A stretch of 63,337 nucleotides of DNA, counting the filler, from Octopus bimaculoides (lineage: Eukaryota): the NCBI RefSeq assembly GCF_001194135.2. It is 3 parts of 3 records of this genome, joined end to end, with 100 filler letters (N's around TTAATTAATTAA, not from the genome) between each part and the next. Parts side by side here need not be neighbours in the genome. Positions count along the whole stretch, not along the records: positions 31,961 to 62,189 come from NC_068989.1; positions 62,290 to 63,337 come from NC_068987.1; 1 more part is not named here. The stretch is one strand, 5' to 3'. Within the stretch, counting starts at the first letter, position 1. Each line of letters opens with the position of its first letter. The notes below the pieces were generated by a model. That model worked only from the letters and a program-made list of their open reading frames with translations. It searched no databases and had not been told where the DNA came from. Shown one piece after another: positions 52,829 to 63,337 of the stretch. The position numbers and the translations under genes are program-made.

Positions 52829-54321
52829 ATATATAGTGAATGTTTTGCTGAGCCATTCCTGATTGTTGCCTTCCGAAACGTGGAAAATCAATCACAGCTC
52901 ACTGTTGTTCAAACCGCCCGAATAAGTTGAATATCATTTGTTTAGACAGTGATTGTTTGATCCAAAAATGACGATTGTTAGCTCTTTGGGTTAGCAGAAT
53001 TGATCCTTGATTTTGTAGATAAAATTCGATTGCTTTATCCGTTACTCTGTCGGGAATTGCTCTATGACTATTTTCCATTAAATGTCAATAATCGGAATGA
53101 AATAAATTGAAAAAAAATTAACTGTAAAAATACTTATATTTTAAATTGATCTAATGGCTTTTGGGCCACCTTGTGTGTGTACATATGTATGTATACATAT
53201 GTTTATGTGTTAAGTAGTACAAATCGAGAAGAAGTATGTGTCGCGTGCTTTGCAATGAGCCCAACTCAATAAATGCATATCTAAAAATAAACTACGTTTA
53301 AGTCTAACTATAAAAATTAAGTAGAGTTTGACCAACGCCGTTCAGGCAAGAAGACAGAAGAAAGAAGTATCAGCAATTTCAAAATCAACAAGTCGGTTCA
53401 AGAGATCCCACGCTCATACACTAATGGTTTCAAATGTTTACTGGGTTTATCTGAAAAGCACCATATAGTGATACACTAACGTGATTGTTTAAACGCAAGG
53501 CTGGACATTGTATCTCTTCTTGTTCTCATCTGATAAGTACATCTTACCAGCATTCCCTTGTCAACCAAATAAATTTTCTATCACTGTCTGAAAAAAAGCT
53601 ACACCTTTCGCTTTACAGATATTCTCTAAGGTCCTTCGCTATTACTGTCACTAACAGGCATCCTACATCTATAGTAATACACTTTGCGCTTCAGTGGCAA
53701 CCAGCACTTGACTTTCGCTTTTCTTTATTCCCACGTACGTTTGATAATGTATGCGTGCTGCAAACCATAGAGACGTTTATGCCGATCCATGCTACACATA
53801 AAGCCGCACAGATACATACAGAACATAATAACAAAAATATACACATCTATTTTATGACACCAGACAGCATAAATTAGAATAACTTAGAAATGATTTCTCT
53901 ACTTAAATATTTAAATATTACAATACTTCAAATAGGTGAACTAAGACTATAAGTGCATTCTTAGCTATGCTGTTGATATAGAGAAAAAGGAAGGAAAGTG
54001 CACCTGTTCCACACGAAGGTTTATACATATACATATCCTTGTACCTTGTACAGTGTCAATATTTCCTCCCATTAACATGTAAAATAAATGCGTATAAAAT
54101 TAGAAAATCGTTTTTGTATGTATGTATGTATGTATGTATGTATGTGCGTGTGTGTGTGGTTTCACATACACCTGTGAGCTACTATCACTCTATTAATCAG
54201 CTGCATATAAAAAGACGTGTTTGCGCATATCTCTACTCCTCCACACAAATGCGCGTATGCATGCGTCTGTGTGTGTATGTATATATATATATATATATAT
54301 ATATGCTTGGAAATAGATGCG

Positions 54322-54405
54322 TGGCGTTCAATTAAATAATAATATAATATATATATATATTTATATTATCATGATATATATATATATATATATATATATT
54401 GGTTC

Positions 54406-54441
<36 letters not shown>

Positions 54442-54598
54442 ATAATGTGTATGTACAATTATTCAGCTTACATGTATGTATAAACATATATATGGCGTTC
54501 AATTAAATAATAATATAATATATATATATTTATATTATCATGATATATATATATGTATATATATGTGTATATATATATGTATATATATATATTGGTTC

Positions 54599-54634
<36 letters not shown>

Positions 54635-54682
54635 CGTGTATGTACAATTATTCAGCTTACATGTATGTATAAACATATATAT
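54322..54682. repeat. Tandem duplication (171 + ~190 bp) with different microsatellite lengths
   Basis: tggcgttcaattaaataataat starts at 54322 and 54493; both units end ...cagcttacatgtatgtataaacatatata. Confidence 0.9.
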
Positions 54683-54710
54683 GCATATATATATATATAT
54701 ATATATATGC

Positions 54711-54797
<87 letters not shown>

Positions 54798-55302
54798 TGT
54801 GTGTATATGTATGTATATACATACATACATATATTACAATTAATAAGGGGAATGACTACTTTTGTGCTCATTCTTCTTACATAAGTATCAGTTAAGTACT
54901 GGAATTGGTATAATAAGAGGAATTATCACTTTAGTGGTCATTCTACTTATTGTAATATAATTTTTAAACCTTCGGATTTTTTTTTTTTAATGTGCTACAC
55001 TACTGGTTTAAATTAATGTTGATTGATATCAATTTCTACCCTCATTATTTAATATATACATACACATGCGTGTGTGTGCGTGTATATACATATGCATGCA
55101 CACATACAACATATATATGCACATATATATATATATATATATATACAAATATATATATACATACTCACATAAATTTGTAAGTATATAAATGTATGTGTAT
55201 AAATGTAAGTGTATAAATGTATGTATGCTTGTATATATGTATGTGTGTGTGTGTTTATATATACATACACGAACATGTACAACAGCAGTAGATGTAGCAG
55301 CG

Positions 55303-55397
<95 letters not shown>

Positions 55398-55642
55398 GGT
55401 AGTAGTAGTAAGGGAGAGAGGATTAGAACGATAATAGGAGGGCCAAAAATTAATGTTATGGCGGAGGGAAAATTGTAATATTATCAAAAAAGAAGCAATG
55501 CAAACCCTACTGAGTCCACAGGGAAAACGACATCCTGACACGTGACCCATTTATAACCATTTCATTATTATTATTATTTTCAAATCAGTACACACCTACG
55601 AACCTGATATTTTTATTTCCGTCTGATTTGTATGTAGATTAA

Positions 55643-55840
55643 ATGAACAGATTTTATGTGGATGGTAATGGCGGTTGTGGTGGCGCTGGTGGTACCTGTC
55701 TTCAGGAAGAAAGTGTCATAATGAACAGGAACGCCAGCCAGATGTGCCCCTTGATCAACTACAACAGTGACGATAGCTTGCAAATTAAGATACATCAACA
55801 ACATCAATTGCAAAGATCGCCAGAGAAAGAAAAATGTTAA
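55643..55840 (+). CDS. Candidate short ORF or terminal coding exon, unknown product
   Basis: Non-repetitive 65-codon ORF (..FYVDGNGGCGGAGGTCLQEES..HQQHQLQRSPEKEKC*) with possible AG acceptors at ~55637 and 55650; no recognisable family. Confidence 0.25.
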   Translation: MNRFYVDGNGGCGGAGGTCLQEESVIMNRNASQMCPLINYNSDDSLQIKIHQQHQLQRSPEKEKC

Positions 55841-55842
55841 TA

Positions 55843-57405
55843 GTGGTTTCAAATTTTCGCACGACGCCAGCAAGTTTCGGGGAGGTAGCAAGTCGATTAC
55901 ATCGATCCCAGATTTCAAATAGTAATTATTTTTTCGATTCCGAAGGGTAAAAGGCAAAGTTGGCATCAGCAGAATTTGAACTCGGAACCTAAAGGCGGGT
56001 GGAATGCCACTAAGCATTTCGACCTGCGTGCTAACGATTCTTATTTCTTTACTGCCCACAAGGGGCTACACACAGAGACGACAAACAAGGACAGACAAAC
56101 AGATTAAGTCGATTATATCGACCCCAGTGCGTAACTGGTACTTATTTAATCGACCCCGAAAAGATGAAAGGCAAAGTCGACCTCGGCGGAATTTGAACTC
56201 AGAATGTAGCGGCAGAGGAAATACCACTAAGCATTTCGCCTGGCGCGCTAACGATTCTGCCAAGAATATATACTGTCCTTTCTAATGATTCTTTCTAATA
56301 AAGGCACAAGGTCTGAAATTTTGTGGGGAAGGGCTAGTCGATTATATCGACGTCAATCTTCACCTGGTACTTATTTTCTCAACTCCGAAAGGATGAACGG
56401 CGAATTCGACATCGACGGAATTTGAACTCAGAATGTAAAGGTTGACGAAATGCTGATAGGCATTTTGCCCCCCACCCCCGTGCTAATGATTCTGCAAGCT
56501 TACCACCTTCAGAAGAATATTAATAAAGAAATTCAAAAGTTTGGGTACAAAACCAGCAATTATGCGAGTGGTTTGAATCGATTATATCAATTCCAGTACT
56601 TAACTGATACTTATTTTATCAATATCGAAAGAATGAAACACAAAGTCAACTGCGGCACGATTTGAGCTCAGAACAAAAAGAACTGAAATAAATGCCGTTA
56701 AGCATTCTGTTCGAGGTGGTAACGATTCTAGCAGCTCACCATCTTGAGTAAAATATTGGTTTCAAATTTTGGTACAAAGCCAGCAATTTCATGAGGGTTG
56801 GGTAAGTCGATTACATCAACCCTATTGTTCAACTGGTACTTATTTTAACGACCTCGAGATGACGAAAGGCGATGTCAACCACGTCGTTATTTGAACTAAG
56901 AACATAAAGACGGATGAAATGTCGCTAAGCATTTTGCCCGGCGTGCCAAAGATTCTACCAGCTTGCAAAAATCGGGATGGGGTGAGATAGCTAGTCGATT
57001 AGGTCGATCTTAGTATTAAACTGATACTTATTTTATCGACCCTGAAAGGATGAAAGGCAAAATCGATCTCAGTGGAATTGGAACTCAGAACGTAAAGACA
57101 GACGAAATACCGCTAAGCATTTTTGTCCGGTGTACTAACTAATCTGCCAGTTCACCGTCTATATTATATTACCGATAATGGTAATAATGTTTCTAATTTA
57201 GATATAATATAAGACCAGCAATTTTGAGAAAAGAATGAAAGTCGATATCATCGACTCCAATACTTAACGTCTACGTTATATTATCTCCGAAGGAGAGATG
57301 AAAGACAAAGTTGACCTTGGCGCGATTTGAACTCAGAATGTTAAGAGCTGGAAGAAATTTCGCAAAGCATTTGTTCTGACTCTGATAATTCTGCAAGTTC
57401 GCTTC
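55843..57405 (-). mobile_element. Array of seven co-oriented SINE family A copies
   Basis: Core aaggatgaaaggcaaagtcgac...gaatttgaactcagaa repeats every ~200-240 bp with heterogeneous tails and divergence. Confidence 0.9.
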
Positions 57406-57922
57406 TCACTCTAGGTGCAGCAAGTATGTGTTGAAAGGAGTTATTTGATTAAATTAACTCTGATACAGAGGGGACGGAAAAGTTATAAAACACCAAATCC
57501 AGCCTGGAGTGGGCGAAACTCCAACCCCGCGATCTCGATCGTTACGGCGGCTGACCGAATCAAGTGGCACAAATTGTGTTCCAAGGAGCATAACCTTCCA
57601 AACCTATTGGTATATGTATCGCCTCAGGGCAGCCCATGAGAGACATAGAAAGGCGTATACTTCCATCCCAACAAGCGGTGTTCCTTTCCAGTCTGTAATC
57701 ATATTATGTGTATTTGACTTCAGCGTCCATCGATATTGACCATGCAACACAATCATCTTTCTCGAACTCGAGAGACTACAATTATTTATTACTGACCTGT
57801 TATTTTATTTAATCCTCCCCTTGAGGAATGTAAAAATCGTTAACCACGCCAGATTTGAACTCAGCAATTCTACCATTCTGCTATTAGTTATTTCTAATTT
57901 ATGCACAAGGCCATCAAATTTA

Positions 57923-58190
57923 GACGGCATTGTGAATCGAAAATATTCCCCTTCCTCAAGGCGAGACAGTCAATCGAAAGTTCTACTGCGACGCTTGGAA
58001 GCGTTTGAGGGATGATATTCGGTGAAAGCGACCGGATCTGTGGAGCGTGAAGAATTGGATTAATCACCGAGATCTCCGAGAGCGTAAGCTTCTCGCCGAA
58101 AACATGGTATCGCTTCCGCACCCGCCCTATTTGCCAGCTTTAACGCCTGCGGACTTCGTTCTCTTCCCCAAGAGGAAAATGCAGATTAAA
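57923..58190 (+). mobile_element. Mariner transposase fragment
   Basis: DGIV../FLPQGETVNRKFYCDAWKRLRDDIR*KRPDLW...LPHPPYLPALTPADFVLFPK. Confidence 0.85.
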
Positions 58191-58209
58191 AGTAAGGTAA
58201 AAATATCTA

Positions 58210-58725
58210 AATGTATTCACCCTTGTTGTTTACAACTTCTCAACGTTCAACAAGATTTTCAATACCGCGTTGGTAGAAATCACCCGATTTCGACTCGAAA
58301 AATTGATCCAACCAAGCTTTCAATTCTGCGTCAGTATTGAACGAAACTCCGCGCATAGAATTTGAAAGAGATCAAAAGAGGTGGAAATCCGTTGGTGCCA
58401 AATCAGGAGAGTACGGCGGGTGTGGCAGCACTTCCCAGCCATGCGCTTGAATGGCTTCCTTAGTCATATTGGCGATATGAGGGCGAGCGTTGTCGTGGAG
58501 CAGAAGAACTCCATGCTGACGATTAGGTCTTTTCTCTTGAATAGCCGTGTTGAATCGTTCCATTTGTTGACCATGGAGTTCCGCGTTGACCGTTTGGTTC
58601 CGTTCAAGCAATTCGTAATGGATAATCCCTTCCTAGTCCCACCATACGCACAACGTCGTTTTACGATGTTGTGCGTAGATGAAGATGTTGTTTCACTTGC
58701 GGTGTGGCTTCTTACCTCACAGTCA
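58210..58725 (-). mobile_element. Mariner (DD34D) transposase fragment
   Basis: LCVWWD*EGIIHYELLERNQTVNAELH...LLHDNARPH...WEVLPHPPYSPDLAPTDFHLF...FYQRGIENLVERWE..KGEYI. Confidence 0.92.
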
Positions 58726-59483
58726 CTCCTGCGCCTAATGAAAAGCAAAACAGAGCTTACCTACATACTAAACCTGTTACTGAATTTTTGTTGATGAAAT
58801 GAAAACAATATGTGCAACTCTGCTGTATTTGTGTCCTAATTGCATAGTGAATAGAAAACTAACGTAAATATCTTACAAATAATGAGTTCATAACATTTAA
58901 TAGATTATAGAGTATCGTGTTTTAGAGGAGTCACTTTTTTCCGATGTATATCCACGTAGCTATCGGTAATATTACCTGGAATAGGCAAACATTGTTTGGT
59001 AAAATGTCTTTAACAACACAATCAAGGGGTGGGGGTTGTCTCATATTTATGTATAAAAATAAATTGATTCTATAACACTTATTATTAATGAGACTTGGCG
59101 ATCAAAATATTACTATTTTATGGGAGGAAAATGTGGAAATTGAACTATTGGGTGAATTGTATTTCTTTATATTCGGTCGTTATTTGTTGCATTTATTGCA
59201 TCTTGTAATAATATTTTGCGGTTGTTACTAAATTATTAACATTTCAAATGTCATTAATGTAATTGTATATATATGTATGTACATATAATAAATTCATTTA
59301 CACATATACGAGTATATATATATATATGCATAGAAATATATGTATTGAATAATCCTTCAATTCATGTAAAATTGCTTTTGTTATAACATAAAATTAAGCA
59401 TTAACATACACCAACACATATATATACATATACATACATACATATATGTGTATATACATGTGTGTAGTACATATATATATATA

Positions 59484-59528
<45 letters not shown>

Positions 59529-59973
59529 ACATATACGTATGTATGTATGCAATTATATGTGTGTACATACGTATGTATTCCATTCTTATTTTATTCATTT
59601 CCCTTTAATCGAAGCAATTCTCTGCCCATCGATAAAAAAAAAAACAACTCTATACATGTTGAAATTCCGTGAGAAGTTAACTATCATTTCTAACATTTGC
59701 AACATTATATTAATATTTTGTTTTACCATAAATAGCGGGAATTCAAGAAATCTTATACTGCATAAATTTCTTTATTTCTCTTGTAATATACAAGTTTATA
59801 AATCTTCATTATGTTAAGGGGTGGGACTTGGGGTATTTTAGACTTGTCGTAGCCTATCTCTCACCAATACTGACTACAGTTCATTTCTTACCTCCATCCC
59901 ACCCCCAAAAGGAACAAACGAACAGGCAGAAAGTAGGAGAGGAAGAGAAGTATCGAATCTGATCGGATCAACA

Positions 59974-61170
59974 CCACTAAAACCAACCCTATGGCTGCGA
60001 TATGTTGATGACACCTTTATACTCTGGCCCCACCAGGAAGACGTCCAAGTGCTGTTAGATCATGTGAACTCAATAAAGCCATCCATAAAGATCACAATGG
60101 AAAAGGAAAAAGACAAACAGCTAGCATTCCTGGATGTATTAATAACACGCACCAAGTATGGATTCAGGACATCCGTATACCGCAAGCCGACCTTCACTGG
60201 ACGATACCTCAACTTCATAGCCCATCACCATACAGTGTAAAGAGAGGGATTGCTCAGTTCTTGAAATATCGAGCATAGAATATAAGAAGCGATCGTGATA
60301 CCCACCACGAAGAAATGATCAAGCTCAGTAACAATCTATTAAGCAACAACTACCCCCAAAAACATACTATCCACTCCAATTATGAAGAAAAGAGAGGATG
60401 AAATCAATAAACTGTCCACAGTCTGTCTACCCTATTTGAAAGGCCTCTCCGAAAAAATGCAAAAGATATGCGGCCCATATGTCATCAGGACAGCATTCAA
60501 GAGTAATACAACACTTCGCAAAAATCTCCTTCGAGTAAAACCACCAATAGAAGAGAATATGACCAACATTGCGTGTACTCCATCCCATGCAGCTGTGGTA
60601 GCTTATACGAAGGCGAAACAAGTCGCCCCCTCAAAATAAGGGTAGAGGAACATCGCAAAGCTGTGACACGAGGAGATGTTGATAAATCGGGTATAGCTGA
60701 CCATATATGGAAAATGGAGACCACCTCCCCCTGTGCGATGAAGTTAAAATAATAGACAGAGAACACCACTGGAAAATATGAAAACTTAAAGAAGCAGCAC
60801 ATATGCTAGGACACACAACCTCCTAAGCAGACCGAGTGCAGATATGAATAGCATATGGGAACCGGTATTAACAAAGGGTGGAAAAATATTAGATTTATAA
60901 GCCCTAAAATTCACTTCATAATTGCCCACGGGCATATGCCGTAGTGGTTAAGAGCACAGGCTACTAACCCCAAGATTCTGAGTTCGATTCCAGGTACTGA
61001 CCTGTATAAAAATAATAATGATAATAACAACAACAACATCGAAAAATACTTAGGAGTGAGAACCCAGGTTCGAAATTTCCCCAAGAAGGCTGGAAGGTAT
61101 ATCAGCCGAAACGTTGTGTTAACAACAAACAAGATGAGGACAAATATCCATCAAATGTAAATAATGTACA
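59974..61170 (+). mobile_element. 5'-truncated Penelope-like retroelement (RT C-terminus, GIY-YIG, terminal repeat)
   Basis: PLKPTLWLRYVDDTFILW (YVDD at 60001-60012)...FLDVLITR..TSVYRKPTFTGRYLNF...VYSIPCSCGSLYEGETSRPLKIRVEEH...SGIADHIW...KLKEAAHM; frameshifts present. Confidence 0.93.
60930..61002 (+). pseudogene. tRNA-like (Ser-ACT anticodon) Pol III module in the Penelope 3' region
   Basis: tgccgtagtggttaag (A-box-like), 7-nt loop ct-ACT-aa (60961-60967), agttcgattcc (B box). Acceptor and T stems are imperfect, so this is not a functional tRNA. Confidence 0.6.
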
Positions 61171-61454
61171 AAATTCCTATTCAAGTATCTGCTCATGGAA
61201 AATAATTTTTCCCAGGGACGCAAGCATGGATGAGTTCTATTTCTATTTTTCGTTTCATTGAAGACTAGAATTTATTCATAAAGCAATAATCCTCTCTCCA
61301 CGTCTCAAATAAAAGGCATTGGTCATTAGAGTGCAGTACCAGTACCATCGCAGATGACTCCAGAAGGCAGAGAAATGGAACTGGTACCACAAAACGTATT
61401 ACCTAACATTTTCCTAAATCCGGCTATCCACCGATCAAAAATAGTACTTTTTTA

Positions 61455-61520
61455 TTAACAACACCAGAAGGAAGGATGAAAGGCAAAAATTTCCCTCAGC
61501 GGAAATTGAACTCAAAAGGT
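61455..61520 (-). mobile_element. SINE family A fragment
   Basis: gaaggatgaaaggcaaaaatttccctcagcggaaattgaactc. Confidence 0.65.
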
Positions 61521-62134
61521 GCAACATCCTACTTTATTTCCAGTAAATCGCACTCTTAGACTATTCATAAATGAGTGGAACATATTTTGGTTTGTGAGCT
61601 TTCTTTTGATAATAACTTTTAATGTTTTTTTCCTGTGTAGAAAACTCCACCTGACACCATCTTGCCCCGAAAAAAAACATTTTTGTTGTTGTTCATTAAA
61701 TATATGGCATTTTCTTTATTTTCATTGTCTATAAAATATACATTCCATTTCTTTATTACATCTTTAAAAGAACAACAGCATTAACACACTTATTCGTTGT
61801 ATGTGAACACAGTATGATATCAGGAGTAAATTATCAGCGTCCTTCTCAATCCTCCCTCTATCTATATGTCTCTCCCCTCTCTTTCTTGTCTCGCTTCTCT
61901 CTCACCCTCTTCCTCTCTCTCACAAATATAAATATATACTACAACAATACACAACAATATATCAAAATATGGATTCGTAAACACGCGCACACACACGCAC
62001 ACACACACACTCATACATAACTATATATGAATACATAAATATATACGTAAATATAATATACATTTATATATTCATGTCCTCATATATATGTAATATATAT
62101 ACATACATGTATATATAAAGATACATACATATAG

Positions 62135-62189
<55 letters not shown>

Positions 62190-62233
62190 NNNNNNNNNNN
62201 NNNNNNNNNNNNNNNNNNNNNNNNNNNNNNNNN

Positions 62234-62245
62234 TTAATTAATTAA
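62234..62245. other. Scaffolding linker TTAATTAATTAA in a 44N-12-44N gap
   Basis: Same layout as 31861-31960. Confidence 0.9.
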
Positions 62246-62339
62246 NNNNNNNNNNNNNNNNNNNNNNNNNNNNNNNNNNNNNNNNNNNNATACTGTGTTT
62301 CGTTCTTTCATATATGCGTATATAGTATGTGTGTATGCA

Positions 62340-62424
<85 letters not shown>

Positions 62425-62923
62425 GTATATACATAAACATGTGTATGTACGTATATGTATGGACTAATGTGTGTATGTCTGTGTACTTGTACGCGCGTGT
62501 GTGTGTTTGTTTGTGTCTGCTTGAGGCTGTATGTGTGCACGTGACCATGTGTGTATGTCTGTGTATGCATGTATGTGCGTTCGTGCGTGCGTGTATGTGT
62601 GAGTGTTTGCGTGTACATGTGTGTGCTTGTGTGTGTGTATGTGTGTGCATGTATATCTCCACACCCCTCTTCCCTGTACAATTTGTAGTATTCAAACTTC
62701 CTATCATAAGGCAACACACACACACACATGCACACCGAAATACATACACATACACACACACGCACACACATATATGATATATTTATGTGCTAATATATAT
62801 ACATATATATATATATATATTAAATATATATACACACATATATATATATATGTGTGTGTGTGTTTGTGTGTGTGTGTTTGTATGCATGTATGTAGGTACG
62901 CAGATATGGATGTATGTGTGCAC

Positions 62924-62958
<35 letters not shown>

Positions 62959-63156
62959 TGTATGCGTGTGTATGTTTTTATGTATGTATGTATGTGTATG
63001 CGTGTTTACTTATGAGTCGTATGAGTAAGCATACAAATGCGTACATTAAACCGAATAGATAAGTGATACGTATATTTTGATAAAACAAGTTTATTAAATA
63101 TAACTCAGGCAAAGGGAGACGTGCATACACATAGGCATACACACACAAACATACAT

Positions 63157-63306
63157 ACGACGGGCTTCTTTCAGTTTCTGTCTACCAAGGCGTTGGTCGG
63201 TCCGAGGCTATAGTAGAAGACACTAGCCCAAGCTGCCACGCATTGAGATTGAACTCGGAACCATGTGGTTGGTAGGCACGCTACTTACCACATAGTCACT
63301 CCTGCG

Positions 63307-63309
<3 letters not shown>
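63157..63309 (-). mobile_element. SINE family B head
   Basis: gacgggcttctttcagtttctgtctacc...ggctatagtagaagacac...ggaaccatgtggttggtag...actcctgcgcct. Confidence 0.85.

Positions 63310-63337
<28 letters not shown>

Noticed and set aside
52855-52885. CUGAUUG...CCGAAACGUG spacing like a hammerhead
   Set aside because: Core mismatched, no stem II pairing, and G at position 17.
53485-53877. 130-aa ORF
   Set aside because: No recognisable domain and non-canonical start.
57415-57639. RGRK...AW...TAADRIKWHKLC, like an RTE LINE C-terminus
   Set aside because: Similarity limited to a few residues; left unassigned.
60930-61002. Functional tRNA-Ser gene
   Set aside because: Acceptor and T stems are broken, the ACT anticodon is atypical for eukaryotes, and it is embedded in a retroelement.

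Overview
AT-rich, microsatellite-dense animal DNA from a draft assembly with about 4 kb of N gaps. The repeat repertoire suggests a coleoid cephalopod, probably Octopus (inference from recalled repeat families, not verified). I cannot identify an intact host protein-coding gene, and most long ORFs in the track are artefacts of microsatellites or N runs. The window is a transposon graveyard: many 5'-truncated R4/Dong-type (RLE endonuclease) LINE fragments in (AAT)n arrays, two recognisable Penelope-like elements plus older remnants, a CR1/L2-type LINE, mariner and hAT fragments, and dozens of tRNA-derived SINEs, including a 7-copy head-to-tail array. The most interesting signal is a set of hammerhead-ribozyme-like motifs. 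One has an intact catalytic core (22000-22087, minus strand) and lies inside a previously unannotated ~229-bp inverted repeat. Others lie in Penelope-type termini, one of them directly downstream of a tRNA-like Pol III module. Junction sequences record apparent template jumping and a templated 36-nt patch. Two assembly artefacts are visible: six-frame-stop gap linkers and a probable contig-order swap.
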